Source of the DNA: Gemmatimonadota bacterium
Lineage (GTDB): Bacteria; Gemmatimonadota; Gemmatimonadetes; Gemmatimonadales; Gemmatimonadaceae
Length of the DNA stretch: 64,000 nucleotides
Direction: 5' to 3'
Assembly: GCA_040389905.1 (NCBI GenBank)
Contig: JAZJZK010000014.1
Coordinates: 224,001 to 288,000 of the forward strand
In this document: one piece after another, positions 22,080 through 33,200 of the stretch
Position numbering within the stretch: the stretch's first letter is position 1
Layout: each line of letters starts with the position of its first letter
Notes under the pieces: model-generated
The model's input: only the letters and a program-made list of their open reading frames with translations
Databases searched by the model: none
Told to the model about the DNA's origin: nothing
Position numbers and translations under genes: made by a program

Positions 22080-22649
22080 ATGAAGCTGTTCCGTTCGCTT
22101 TGCGCCTCGGTGCTCCTTTTCGTTCCCACAGTGCCGGCGCTTGCCCAAGTCTCCTCCTCGCTTGCTCCGGAGAGGCAAGTGCATCTGGACCTCACCATCG
22201 CCGGTGCCGCCGTGGGCTTCGCCGCCCGCACCTCTGAGCGGACCATGTTCGGCGTGGAAATCGGCGGAGGTGGGAACTGGGTGAACTACACACTCGCCGG
22301 CAGCCACTTCTCAAAGGGCGGAGCCAGGAACTCGTCGCTCGTCGAGCTCGCCCACGCGACCGTGTTCATGCGCACCCGCTTCAGCGAGAGCCAGCATCTC
22401 GACCTCGGCGCGAAGGTGTCGGCGTTCCTCCACTTCGATAGCTCGGACGACGAACCCGGCGGCGGCTACTTCGTTGGGCTGAACGCCAAGTACAGCTGGG
22501 CGAAATGGCGGCGGATGAACCTCGCATCCGAGATGGACATCGGGCGCTTCGCGGAGCCCGGCAACGGCACCTGCCTCAGCGGATGCGAAGGGAGGCAAGA
22601 GTTCGGTATCAACGTCGCGCCGATCCTCGTGCGGTTCACCTTTCCGTGA
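22080..22649 (+). CDS. Hypothetical exported protein, possibly an outer-membrane beta-barrel
   Basis: Signal peptide (PALA-Q), alternating beta-strand pattern, ends VRFTFP. Confidence 0.65.
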   Translation: MKLFRSLCASVLLFVPTVPALAQVSSSLAPERQVHLDLTIAGAAVGFAARTSERTMFGVEIGGGGNWVNYTLAGSHFSKGGARNSSLVELAHATVFMRTRFSESQHLDLGAKVSAFLHFDSSDDEPGGGYFVGLNAKYSWAKWRRMNLASEMDIGRFAEPGNGTCLSGCEGRQEFGINVAPILVRFTFP

Positions 22650-22694
22650 CGCCAAGCGCTCTTTCTGCGCTGGAACGAGTACCTTTGAAGACCT

Positions 22695-23573
22695 ATGACG
22701 CAGCCCGGCGGCCCGAACGAACTCGAGACGGCAATACTCGCCGTATACCGCGGACCGCTCGACGAATTTGTCAGCCGGCGCGATGCGCTCGTCAAGCAAC
22801 TGCGCGCCACCAAGCAACGTGACGCCGCCGACCGCGTGAAGGCGCTGCGCAAGCCAAGCCGCATCGCCTGGGTGCTCGACAGCGTGGTTCATGAGGACCC
22901 TGCGTCCGTCGAACAGCTTGCTGCCGCAATCAAGGAGGCACAAACCGGCGCCGACTTGCGCACAGCGCTCGACACCATGAAGGCAGCGGTGCGCGGTGTC
23001 GCCGCAGTCGGCGCCCGCGTCGCGCTCCGCGCCGGACAACCGATCGAGCCGAACGTCGTGGTCACGGCGCTGTACGCGATAATTGGTGATGCCAGCGCGT
23101 TTGCGGACCTGCGCGCGGGCCTGCTCGTCGAAGTTCCGGAAGCCGGCGGCCTCGACATGCTCGCCGCCGCCGCCCTCGATCGAACAGACAAGACGACATC
23201 ACCATCGCCTGCACCGCCGCCGCAGGAGACAGGAAAACCCGATGCGCGCGCTGAGGCCGCGCAGCAGGAAACCGAGGCCGCGAAACAGAACGCTGAGCTT
23301 GCAAAGGCCGCGCGCGCCGAGCTGCGGCGAGCCGAAGCGTCGTTCGCCACGGCGAGCGAACGATCGGAGCACGCGGAGCGAGCGGTTTTGAAGGCCCAGG
23401 AGAAACTCGACGACGCTGAACGTGCCTTACGGCATGCTCAATCCGAGGCAGAGTCCCGACGCGCCGATCTCGAACGTGCGCGAAACAGCGCCGCGACGGC
23501 CGCCGCAGAACTGCGTGACGCGGAGCAAGCCGTCGCTACCTCCCGCGCGCGTGTGGTGGAAACCGAAGGTTAG
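22695..23573 (+). CDS. Conserved hypothetical protein with C-terminal coiled coil
   Basis: YRGPLDEFVSRRDAL...KALRKPSRIAW N-terminal domain; Ala/Glu/Arg-rich heptad tail. Confidence 0.75.
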   Translation: MTQPGGPNELETAILAVYRGPLDEFVSRRDALVKQLRATKQRDAADRVKALRKPSRIAWVLDSVVHEDPASVEQLAAAIKEAQTGADLRTALDTMKAAVRGVAAVGARVALRAGQPIEPNVVVTALYAIIGDASAFADLRAGLLVEVPEAGGLDMLAAAALDRTDKTTSPSPAPPPQETGKPDARAEAAQQETEAAKQNAELAKAARAELRRAEASFATASERSEHAERAVLKAQEKLDDAERALRHAQSEAESRRADLERARNSAATAAAELRDAEQAVATSRARVVETEG

Positions 23574-23623
23574 GGACTCGCGTTCGTACCTTAACTGTCA
23601 TTCCTGGCGCCCATGGCCGTAGA

Positions 23624-23747
23624 TGTCATCCCGAGCGAAGTCGAGGGATCTGCACGTTCCGTCTGGGTTTGAGGTGCAGCCCCCTCGACAAAGCTTCGCT
23701 CGATCGGTGTGTCCGCGTGCCCCAAGACAAGTACACCGACGAATGAC
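23624..23747. repeat. REP-like palindromic element
   Basis: TGTCATCCCGAGCGAAGTCGAGGGATCTGCAC...GTGCAGCCCCCTCGAC..CTTCGCTCG...GAATGAC imperfect inverted repeat. Confidence 0.75.
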
Positions 23748-23772
23748 GTCGGGGCTTGATGGTGTGCGATAG

Positions 23773-23792
23773 GTACTTACATTTGGAAGTAC
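23773..23792 (+). promoter_or_regulatory. Putative toxin-antitoxin autoregulatory operator
   Basis: GTACTTAC-ATTT-GGAAGTAC inverted repeat 13 bp upstream of the antitoxin ATG. Confidence 0.5.
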
Positions 23793-23805
23793 ACCAGAGG
23801 CCACC

Positions 23806-24198
23806 ATGACGTATCGCGCCAAAGCAGCGACTGTCGGAAACTCCAAGGCACTCCGCCTCGATGCCGCGCTCTTTCGCGCCCACCCCGAATTCGGGACGGG
23901 CGAGTTTGCCGTCAGTGTAATCGCTCCAGGCCAGCTACTCATTCAGGCGATAGCCGAGAGCACCAAGGATGAGACTGATCCAGTGTTTGACGCGTTCCTC
24001 GGATTCGTTGAGCTTCAGATGGAACTGCGGCCAAACTTGATCAGCGCAGTCACCCAAGCCGATCGCCGAGAGGCGGCCGAACTTCTTCGTGGCGTACGAT
24101 CGGACCCGGGCGAAGATTTGGGAGACGACTTTGTGTTGCCGGGAGATTCGCGCGATACCCGCTCACGCAAGAAGTCCAAACGAGTGTCGAAGAAGTAA
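23806..24198 (+). CDS. Type II antitoxin, PrlF/SohA (AbrB-like) family
   Basis: AATVGNSKALRL AbrB-type N-terminus, DPVFDAFLGF motif; upstream of a YhaV-like gene. Confidence 0.75.
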   Translation: MTYRAKAATVGNSKALRLDAALFRAHPEFGTGEFAVSVIAPGQLLIQAIAESTKDETDPVFDAFLGFVELQMELRPNLISAVTQADRREAAELLRGVRSDPGEDLGDDFVLPGDSRDTRSRKKSKRVSKK

Positions 24199-24216
24199 TG
24201 GCGCTTCGGCGGCCTC

Positions 24217-24729
24217 ATGGATAAGCGCACCAGAAGCAAGAACAGCCCCGCTGCGCGGACCACCGCTCCGGTGGTGATCAACGGCTGGACATTGCTTTTC
24301 TGGACCTCCTTCCGTGAGCGCTGGACCGACCTTGGCAGGGCCGTACAGAAAGCGCGAGCCTCAGATCCAGAGCGTTATATGCACGCGCCGGAAGTGAAGA
24401 TCTTCCATACCGTGCGCGAACTGGTCTTCAAGGAAATCCCGGTCAATCCGGATCATCCACAGTTTCGGCAACGAAAGACACTCGGCGGTGAACACACCCA
24501 CTGGCGGCGCGCGAAGTTCCATCGGCGATTCCGATTGTTCTTCCGATTTCACACGGCGTCACGGACCATCATCTATGCTTGGCTGAGCGACGACAACACG
24601 CTGAGGAAACCCGGAAGCCACACCGATCCATACAGCGTCTTCCATCGAATGCTTGAACGGGGCGCACCGCCATCGGATTGGGATGACCTCATGAAGGCGT
24701 GCAAGACGATCGACCAGGAATCCGAGTGA
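24217..24729 (+). CDS. yhaV: Type II toxin, YhaV family (RelE-like RNase)
   Basis: VINGWTL, IPVNP..FRQ..TLG..HTHWRRAKF..RFRLFFRF, IIYAWL..D.TLRK.GS.TDPY.VF, PPSDWDDL. Confidence 0.88.
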   Translation: MDKRTRSKNSPAARTTAPVVINGWTLLFWTSFRERWTDLGRAVQKARASDPERYMHAPEVKIFHTVRELVFKEIPVNPDHPQFRQRKTLGGEHTHWRRAKFHRRFRLFFRFHTASRTIIYAWLSDDNTLRKPGSHTDPYSVFHRMLERGAPPSDWDDLMKACKTIDQESE

Positions 24730-24922
24730 CTCGCCACGAAGGTGGCAACGCGCCGACGTCGTGCGCGAACGGCTGGCTGCTCTCGATTTGGAGCGCAGGT
24801 TGCTGCAAACCGAACTCGTGTCGCTCGAGTATCGTGGGTCGCTCACTCGTCGCGTCACAAGTCTCGAGCGGGCTATGTTTCGCGCCCACGGGGCCTGTAC
24901 TGAACGCACGGCGTTCTGCGGG

Positions 24923-27900
24923 CTACGAAACGTCGAGCGGAGTTGTTCCAATGCACAGAAACCCCGCCCATGCCTGTGGATGCGGCGTGATTGCGCGCAC
25001 ATATCGCTGCGCTGATGACAGTGCCTGCGCGCATGCCTCGCCTGCGCTGACACGTCGATAGAACTCGATCATCAAATCGCGCGTCTGTTCGTCTGGGACT
25101 TTCCACACACTCATTACGAGCGCTGATGCCCCCGCGATGGCGAACGCACGCCGCAGACCAAATATGCCCTCGCCCCGGCGAACCTCTCCGAGCCCAGTCT
25201 CGCATGCGGAGAGAACGACCAGGTCCGTGGCCGTGAAGTCGAGCAACGCAATTTCCGCCGCGGTCAATAACCCATCATCCCCCGAAGACAGCGAGTGGCC
25301 CGACGCCCATGAGTTGACGCCCGCGAGCGCAATTCCAGAACGCAGCAAAGGGTCTTGCAACTGACCTAGACGCGTTATGGGATCGACACCGACATCGCTT
25401 TCGCGCGGTTTGTCGAGTGCCTCCGCCGCATAGTTTCCAAAGCCCGGGATTTCGATGACAGTGAGCGTGTCGACGAAGTTTGCCGACTTGGGCGGGCGTT
25501 CGTCAGTGAGAAAGAAGCCGTGACTCGCTAGATGGAGGATCCGCGGGGGCAGCGCCGACCGAAGGCGTGCTTCGACGGCATCGCCTCCCATGACAGGTGC
25601 AACGCCAAGGATCGCCGCAACGGCCACTCCTTCCTCCCTCGTCCCTGATAACGGTGTGAACGGCCGACGGCGTTCCCCCTTCGGTACGCCTTCCAACTCG
25701 AGATCGAAATCCGGATCCGCCATCACGAGCGGTGCGTCTCCTACGATTGTGGGCCCTGCCTCCTTTAGCAGGTCTCGGCCTGTGTCGAGCAGAATCAGCT
25801 CATACCGGTCAATCAGGTACCCGTCGTCGATGGGCAGCGCGGCAAAGGGCAAGCGCGTCAACTCTCCATGCTGTGCAATGCATAGTCGGGTGCACGAACC
25901 GATGCCTTCGCGGAAGGGATCGAACACCATCTGCCTTAGCGCATTCCCGGCGGCAACCCAATCCTCAGCGTCGAGCCCCATAGGCGCCGGCGTTGGTTTC
26001 GGCGCAACGGAATCATCCACCCACGGACCTTCCGCTGGGATTCCACCAGGATCCGCTTCACACGTGATTGCGGACCGAAAGCGGCTGATTGCCAGATCGA
26101 CCGCGTCGGCGTCACCGATGTCGATGATCGCGGGCTCGCAGTCTGGACGCACGATGAATGCGGCATATCGCAGCGTGCCCCGATGAAAACGATCGCCTGG
26201 CGCGCCACGATGGAAATCGATCACCTCATAGCGGAGGTATTCCACCAATGCGGTGCCGATCGGCAGCTTTTCCCTGACGGTCTCCAGGCTCACGCGAGTT
26301 GCTCGTGCGGCTTCTCCGTTCGACTCCGACGCGAGATGCCGCCCGATCTCGTGGTCGAGTGCTTCCGCGCGGCGGCGGAGCTCTTCCATCGCGGTCGCGC
26401 TGTCCTGCGGCGCGGGCGGCCCGCTGATCGACTGGCGAACGATCGCGCGCTGGACGTCGATGTAATCGCGACGAAGTGCCTTCAGTTCGACCGTCACGGA
26501 GTGAGCCAGCGCCCGCACACGTGTTGCATTCCAGGCGAGCGTCGCACCCTTCCAGCGTAGTGTCCACTCACACGCGTCGCGGATGGCGGCAGGTGAACGC
26601 AGCCGTATGGCAATGGACACAACAACGTCGAGGTGCTGATAGAGCGCGTCGGCGATTCTATCCTGCGCGGAGGTCGATGTGATCGTGAACGGCTGGGCAA
26701 AGCGCTCGTCGAGGATAATCGACACCTCACGTGCCGCGAGAGCCGCCTCCTCCCAACGTTGGCTCCCGCCCAAAATCCATGCTTTCGCAATCGTCGCTTT
26801 GAGCAGGAGTGCATGACTGCCGTTCACGCCGAGCAGCCTCGCAATCGCTCTGTCGATCAACTCGATGGCGACGTCGTATTTCTTGGTTCGCCCCTCGACT
26901 CTCGCGAGGTCGATTTCAACAATCGCGATCTCGAGCGCCGTGGCGTCAAACCTAGCCGTGGCTGCCAGCGCTTGGGTCAAGACCAGCCGAGCACCCTCCG
27001 AGGCACCGAGCCGCACGTAGATGTCTCCCGTACCACGAAGGGCGCGAGCGAGAAGTTGTGGCGTGCCCGTCTCTTCCGCGATTCCCGCGACCTCGACGAA
27101 CATCGGCGGTGCTTCGTGCACTGGGCCAAATGCGCCCGTGATCTCGGCTAGCGTTTCCAGCACGTCGGCATAGAGCAGCGATCGTTTCCCGAGGAGTGCT
27201 TCGGCCATATCCACCGCGCGCCGAATCAACGCCGTGGCCTTCTCTGCGTTGCTCTGGCTGGCGTAAAAGACACCGAAGTCGCGAAGGAGCCGCGCCGTGC
27301 GCGCCGTCGGCTCGACGGCCAGGAGCGGCGGGAGAGCCGCCCGAAAGAGCGACTCCGCCTCGACGAGATGACCACTATTCCATCTGACGTGCCCGAGTAC
27401 CGCTTGGGCACGTGCAACCGTCTGAACGCCGACCGACGGCTGTTCATTCAGGAGATCGAGACTGATTTCGGCCGCTTCATCTCGGTCACCAGCAGACAGG
27501 AGCAGTTCTGATAGCCGCAGCTGATTCTCCGCGAGCGAGTCGGACAAGCCCTTCGATCGCGCCCGTGCGCTCTGTGCCACTGCCTCGCGCATGGTTTCGA
27601 CTGCGGCACGTGCTCCAGCAGCGAGTTCCTGAACCTGTGACTTCGTGCGCAGAAGCGCGGCAAAATGATCGGCGGGCGGCTCCCAGCCGGCATGCACCAG
27701 AGCGATGTAGTCGTCGCAGACCCGTTCGGCCTCGACCAGATCAGCGCCTTGCGCGACGGCACCGGCGAGCCAGGTCATCGCTTGCGACCACTCGAGCGTT
27801 CCGCGAGGTTCTCGACCACACACCTCGGCGAAGAGCGTGGCGGCGTACGAGTATTCGCCCAAGTGAAACGTCAGGCGCGCGATCAGTCGGAGATCGAGTG

Positions 27901-29155
27901 AACCGTTGTTTCGCAGTCGTTCGACCTCGCTTCGCGCCAGTGAGCTCCGACGATCCATGGCAAGTGAGGCATGCGTACGATCGATCTTCCGCAGCGACTG
28001 CAGCAAGCGCGCAATCGACGCAGACGGATCATTCACGTACCGCAGCACCATGCCCACGACTTCCGTGTAGGAGCGTTGCAGGTCATCGCCCGATCGTTTG
28101 TCACGGAATAAGTCCGTAAGGTCATCGATGGCGACGGCGACATGGCTGTGAAGTTCACCCAATGCTGTTCGTCGTGCCGCAATCACCTCTCGCAGCAGAT
28201 GCTCGGCGCGATCGTAGGCGCCGACCTGGCGGAGCGCGTTCGCCAGATTTCCCATTGTGACTGCGGTATTCGGATGTGCCTCGCCGACAGTACGAATGGC
28301 GATGGCGAGGGCGTTCTCGTACAGAGGCACCGAGCGCTCGATATCGCCCGCCTTGTAGTATGCGGTAGCCAGCCCGTTCAGGGCCCGCGACAGCTGCATT
28401 GGATCGTCGCGGTGTCGAGCTACGGTGAGAAGCTCTTCGAAATACGGGGTTGCTCGCCGATGGTCGTCCTGGGCCGCGTAGAGCTCGGCGAGGAGTCGGA
28501 GTGATTCGCGAATCGTGGGGTCGGCCGGAGGAAACAAGCGGCGGCGCATGGCGAGCGCCGCCAACATGTGTGATTCGGCCGCAACGAAGTCTCCCTCTTC
28601 CTGCCGTACGCTCCCGAGGTTCAGCAGAGCGAGTGCGAGCGCGGGTGTATCATCTGCCGAGAGCTGCTGACGACGCGTGATCACCTCTTCGATCAGTGCT
28701 GCTGCAGCCCCGATGTTGCCGGCGCGGTAGTGCGCCTGTCCAAGGTCGTTCATGAAGACGAGCACGACCTCGTTGTGCTGCTCGCGCCTTTCCCTCCACA
28801 GGGCCAGAGAGCGTTCTCCCGCACCTACCGCTGCGGTGTATTCCTCGCGCGCGCGATGTATGGCGAAGAGCCTGTCCAACACGTGTCCCGCCGTAACAAC
28901 ATCGTGGCGCGCATCCGCAGTCTGCAGCGCCTCTCTGTAAAGAACGATCGCGGTGTCGATGTCTCCGGCTACTTCCATCAGTCCTGCGGCGTTGAGCAAG
29001 ACAGTACGCCTGAGGTCATCATCCAGCGACAAATGCTCGCGGCACTCTGCACAAGCGTGAAAGGCCACGTCAGCCGCTTCCGCCTTTCGGCCCTGCTGAT
29101 GGAGGGCGATCGCGATCTGATTTGCCGACGCGATAGCACGATGCAGCTGGTCCAT
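24923..29155 (-). CDS. TPR-repeat CHAT-domain (caspase-like) protease
   Basis: Many TPR repeats (HPNTAVTMGNLA); CHAT with LHLASHGFF (His), LVVLSACETGLG (Cys), GLRRAF.AGA, SVWKVPD, WAGF; the start may be 29191. Confidence 0.9.
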   Translation of the reverse strand: MDQLHRAIASANQIAIALHQQGRKAEAADVAFHACAECREHLSLDDDLRRTVLLNAAGLMEVAGDIDTAIVLYREALQTADARHDVVTAGHVLDRLFAIHRAREEYTAAVGAGERSLALWRERREQHNEVVLVFMNDLGQAHYRAGNIGAAAALIEEVITRRQQLSADDTPALALALLNLGSVRQEEGDFVAAESHMLAALAMRRRLFPPADPTIRESLRLLAELYAAQDDHRRATPYFEELLTVARHRDDPMQLSRALNGLATAYYKAGDIERSVPLYENALAIAIRTVGEAHPNTAVTMGNLANALRQVGAYDRAEHLLREVIAARRTALGELHSHVAVAIDDLTDLFRDKRSGDDLQRSYTEVVGMVLRYVNDPSASIARLLQSLRKIDRTHASLAMDRRSSLARSEVERLRNNGSLDLRLIARLTFHLGEYSYAATLFAEVCGREPRGTLEWSQAMTWLAGAVAQGADLVEAERVCDDYIALVHAGWEPPADHFAALLRTKSQVQELAAGARAAVETMREAVAQSARARSKGLSDSLAENQLRLSELLLSAGDRDEAAEISLDLLNEQPSVGVQTVARAQAVLGHVRWNSGHLVEAESLFRAALPPLLAVEPTARTARLLRDFGVFYASQSNAEKATALIRRAVDMAEALLGKRSLLYADVLETLAEITGAFGPVHEAPPMFVEVAGIAEETGTPQLLARALRGTGDIYVRLGASEGARLVLTQALAATARFDATALEIAIVEIDLARVEGRTKKYDVAIELIDRAIARLLGVNGSHALLLKATIAKAWILGGSQRWEEAALAAREVSIILDERFAQPFTITSTSAQDRIADALYQHLDVVVSIAIRLRSPAAIRDACEWTLRWKGATLAWNATRVRALAHSVTVELKALRRDYIDVQRAIVRQSISGPPAPQDSATAMEELRRRAEALDHEIGRHLASESNGEAARATRVSLETVREKLPIGTALVEYLRYEVIDFHRGAPGDRFHRGTLRYAAFIVRPDCEPAIIDIGDADAVDLAISRFRSAITCEADPGGIPAEGPWVDDSVAPKPTPAPMGLDAEDWVAAGNALRQMVFDPFREGIGSCTRLCIAQHGELTRLPFAALPIDDGYLIDRYELILLDTGRDLLKEAGPTIVGDAPLVMADPDFDLELEGVPKGERRRPFTPLSGTREEGVAVAAILGVAPVMGGDAVEARLRSALPPRILHLASHGFFLTDERPPKSANFVDTLTVIEIPGFGNYAAEALDKPRESDVGVDPITRLGQLQDPLLRSGIALAGVNSWASGHSLSSGDDGLLTAAEIALLDFTATDLVVLSACETGLGEVRRGEGIFGLRRAFAIAGASALVMSVWKVPDEQTRDLMIEFYRRVSAGEACAQALSSAQRYVRAITPHPQAWAGFLCIGTTPLDVS

Positions 29156-29516
29156 TGGGAGATGTCCCTTCGATCTTGTTCGCGAGCGCAAAACCTCAGC
29201 GAGCTTCAGTCGCCCCGGAGCGGCGAGACGGACATTCGTCGGTCAGGCAACGCCGGTGTGATGTGCCGCCAAGTTCTTGATTCCAATCCATTGCTGCAAG
29301 GGATTCGCTTCAAGCCGCCACAGCTGACCAGGCATCGCGGTTCTCTTGCCGAACTAGCTCGAGCAAGGAGGCTCGCAGGGAGAGCCCAGCGAGCCCCGGA
29401 TGTCATCACCTGCGTTGCTACCGGATCATACTCCCGCACCCTCGTCAAGAGCGGCAAACTGGTCCTCGGAGCGAGCCAGCCTGAAATGCCACTAGTCGAG
29501 CTACAAGCTGTAGCGA

Positions 29517-29845
29517 CTACCAGCCGTTCTTGATTCTACGCGCCAAGCGTTGGAGCCTCCGCGGATCTTTTGCGCATTCCCAAACCACCAAAACGCGCCA
29601 CCCAGCAGCTGACAGCCCGCGCTGCTGTCGGAGATCCCTTTCCTTGTTCTTCAGCAGTTTTGCCTGCCACCAATCGAAGGAGATGTCGCGTACTTGCAGT
29701 CGGGATGACGATGCCAGAAGCAACCATGAACAAACAGCGCCGTTCGAAGGCGGGGGAAGACGAGGTCGGGCTTCCCTGACAAGTCCCGACGATGAAGACG
29801 AAATCGCAGCCCAGCCTTGTGCAAAGCACTGCGGCATAATGTGTG
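29517..29845 (-). pseudogene. vsr: Very short patch repair endonuclease remnant
   Basis: RSALHKAGLRFRL..DLSGKPDLVF...FVHGCFWHRH in one frame, WQAKL.KN.ERD...GWRVLVVWEC in another; N-terminus missing. Confidence 0.85.
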
Positions 29846-30106
29846 ACTTGGAAAGGTCTGATGCCGCGCTCGAGCGAGGGCGGCTCTCGATGCTCGCTCA
29901 ACCTCCAAAACAGGAAGCCACCTTCTTACCGCGCGTGAAGCAGGAACCCTGTCACCAAACAAAAAAGCCCACCCATCAATCGATGTGCGAGCTGATTCCT
30001 TCGAAAACGAGGCCAGGGGATGCTGTGTGGATGCGACACTCAGATCTAACCCGCTGCAACCGAAGCAAAAGCATCATAACTCATTCCGACACAATTACTT
30101 ACAAAG

Positions 30107-30179
<73 letters not shown>

Positions 30180-30235
30180 GTCCCTTCAAGCTAGCGCACC
30201 GCGAACCGCCAATCAACGAGCCGCGCGGACCAAAC

Positions 30236-33200
30236 TCAAATCGGCGGCCGCTCTCCAATCACCAGCGCGTGCCCGAGCCCGGCGAAATTCGTCGCGGCGC
30301 TTCCGTACTCGCCCGCTTTGGCCGTCACCGGGTTGTCCTTTGTCTCGATCGTGAAGAGCGTGAACTGCCCCGGCGCGCCGATGTGCGCCGCCGTCGAGTT
30401 GCCGCCCCCGAGAAAGCCGAAATAGTCATTTGCGCCGAGTAGCGAGATAAGCGCCTTCACCGACGGGATGTTGGCCGGCACGCGCGCGCCTGGATTCGGT
30501 ACGCCAGCGGACATCATGAGGTCCAGAAGCCGCGCCGGATCCGCGTACTGGAACCCCGCAAACATGCCGCCTGGTGCCAACTGCGCCTGCATTTGATCAC
30601 GTGTCAGCTGCAGGCCTACGGTCCAGTTCAACCAGTAGAGCCTCGAGCGGGGGTCGTAGGTCAGCAGCGAGTCGCCCTCCGTCTTCCAGTCGACCTTCTG
30701 CAACGTGGTGCTGCCAACCCTTACAATCGACACCGGCGCGCTCATCTCGCCGAGATTCTTTCCTGACCGCGCTCGCACCACCAGTTGATAAGTTGCACTC
30801 GGAGACAGCCGGTCCGTCGGAAGCTTGGCGGACGTTGCTGACGTAAACGTCGGCGTGGGCTGCACAGGCAACGGTGTCCCATCTCCACTCCGCAGACTGA
30901 TCACGTAGCCCTCGGCGCGTGGCACCGGTTGCCACGTCACCGTGAGTGCGCTGCCGAGGTCTACCACCTTGACACTTGTAGGCGCGGGGAGAAGCATGAT
31001 GACAAGACGTTCGACCCGGTCGGGCCCGCGAAGCATGCCCGGCGAGGTCTGATTACGTACGATCTCCTCGGCACTCAGCAAATCGTCCTCGCCGACCGGG
31101 GCAGCGTTGGCGGCGGACGACCCCTCCCAGCGAAAGTTCACCAATAAGCACCCAACGACAGCTTGTCCCTCCGTGAAGGTGTTCTTGAAGCGTGCTCGAG
31201 GAACGTCACCAGGCCGCACGTCAGCCGGGTACACCCTGACGGAACTTGCGGCTGACGGCGGTACCACGTTGCCCTTGTCATCACCAAGGACGAAGAGGTA
31301 GTTGGCCGCGGTCGGCGCGACTTCGCATTCGACGACGACCGAGGGCGCGTCATATATCACCGACGTCACGCGCGGCTCGGGCGGTATCGTCTTGGTGACG
31401 GTAACGGGGGGAAGCACGATCCAGTCGAAGGTCAGGACGCCGGCGATGACAACACGAATGCCCGCCACATACGTCGAGCCGACGGGCAGGCGATTCTTGA
31501 ACCAGACGCGCCGCCCACGCGTATCCAAGATCTCTGCAGGCGCGGCGGCACCAGCTGAATCCAGGAGGCGATACTCGTGCGACACGCGATCGTCGTGCTT
31601 CCAATACAGGTAGAGTCCGTACACATCCTCCTCAAAACGGAGCGGGGCCGGCGAGTACGAGGCGAGTGAAAGTTTCGCGTCCTTCACGTCAGGACTCCAC
31701 GCACTCCGTCGTTCGTCGGCAACCGCGCGGACTCGGAAGTGCAGGACATCGTCGAAGCGCCCTTGAACGCCGGTGAAATACGCGCGTGGATTCCCCCCCT
31801 CACCCGCCGACGGCACGACAATCCGAACCGTCGGCGGCGCTGCGAATGGGTGTGGACTTGATTGCAGCTCGACCTCGTACCGCTGCGCGCCCGGCACGGC
31901 AATCCATTCGGCGATGATCGCCGTCTTGTCGACCGTCAGCTTCTCGGGAACCGGCGTCGGAAGGATCGTTCCGTGCACGAGATCTTCCAACGCCACGACC
32001 CGCGCCATCAGTTCCTTCAGCAGCGGAATCTGCGCCTCACCAAGTGGTGGTGAAATCCGGTCCGGTGGAATCGGCGGCAGTCGATCCACGCTGAGTGTTC
32101 CAACGAGGCTCGCCGCGTTGATCGGGGGCAGCTGCTGCGGGGTGAGCGTGCCGGTGATTCGCGTTGCTGGCGTATTCGGCACCTGAGCGTCGGTGAGTAC
32201 GCCGGCCAGCTTCGCCACCGGAATGTTCGGGACGCGATCGATCGCCAGCGTGCCGGTTATTCGCGCCGCTGGCGTGTCCGGCAATTGCTTCGCGTCGAGA
32301 ACACCGGTGATTTTCGACGCCGCGATCTCGGTGATCGCAGGAAGCTGCGATGGGTCGAACGCTCCGGTGATCTTCGATGCGGGAATCGATGGTAGTTGCT
32401 TGACGTCGAGAACGCCGCTGACTTTCGCTGCAGGCAGATCGGGCACCTGCGCAACACCAAGGACACCCGTGACTTTCGACGCAGGCAGATCCGGCACCTG
32501 CGCCACACCTAGAACACCCGTGACCTTCGACGCCGGCAGATCCGGCACCTGCGCCACACCCAATACCCCGGTGACCTTCGACGCCGGGAGATCCGGAACG
32601 AGCCCGGCATCGATTGTCCCAACGAGCAGCGACGTGGGAATGTGCGGCAACTGCGTCGCGTCGATCAGCCCAATCACCTTCGACGTCGGGATCTCGGGCA
32701 ATTGGTCGACGCCGAGCACACCGGTGACCTTCGACACAGGAAGATCCGGGATGAGCCCGGCATCGATTGCCCCAACGAGCAGCGACGCCGGGATGTGCGG
32801 CAACTGCGTCGCGTCGAGGAGGCCAATCACCTTCGACGTCGGAATCTCAGGCAACTGGTCGACAGAGAGAACACCTGTGACCTTCGACACAGGCACATCA
32901 GGCAGCTGCGCCAGTCCCAGCACACCGCTAATCCGGCTCGCCGGAAGCTCCCCGGTCAACGTCGCCGCATCGATGCTCGGCAGCCGCTCGCGCGCGAGGA
33001 CGCCGCTACGAAGCAAGCTGGCATCGAGCGATGGCATGAGCGCGGGAGCAAACGTCGCCATGCGCGTGACGGTGCTGTCGATGACGACCGTCACCGTGAT
33101 CTTCGCCGGCGCTTGCCCCACCGCTGGCTCACTCGCCGCAATGACGGAGAACGCCGCCAGCGAAATGATAGCGGGATCGCCCCGTCCCGAATCACTCAAG

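Noticed and set aside
22695..23573. Possible transposase
   Set aside because: No DDE or HUH motif, no terminal inverted repeats or target duplications
32030..33040. Possible CRISPR array
   Set aside because: The repeats are contiguous, in-frame 51-bp coding units varying at third positions, with no unique spacers and no cas genes
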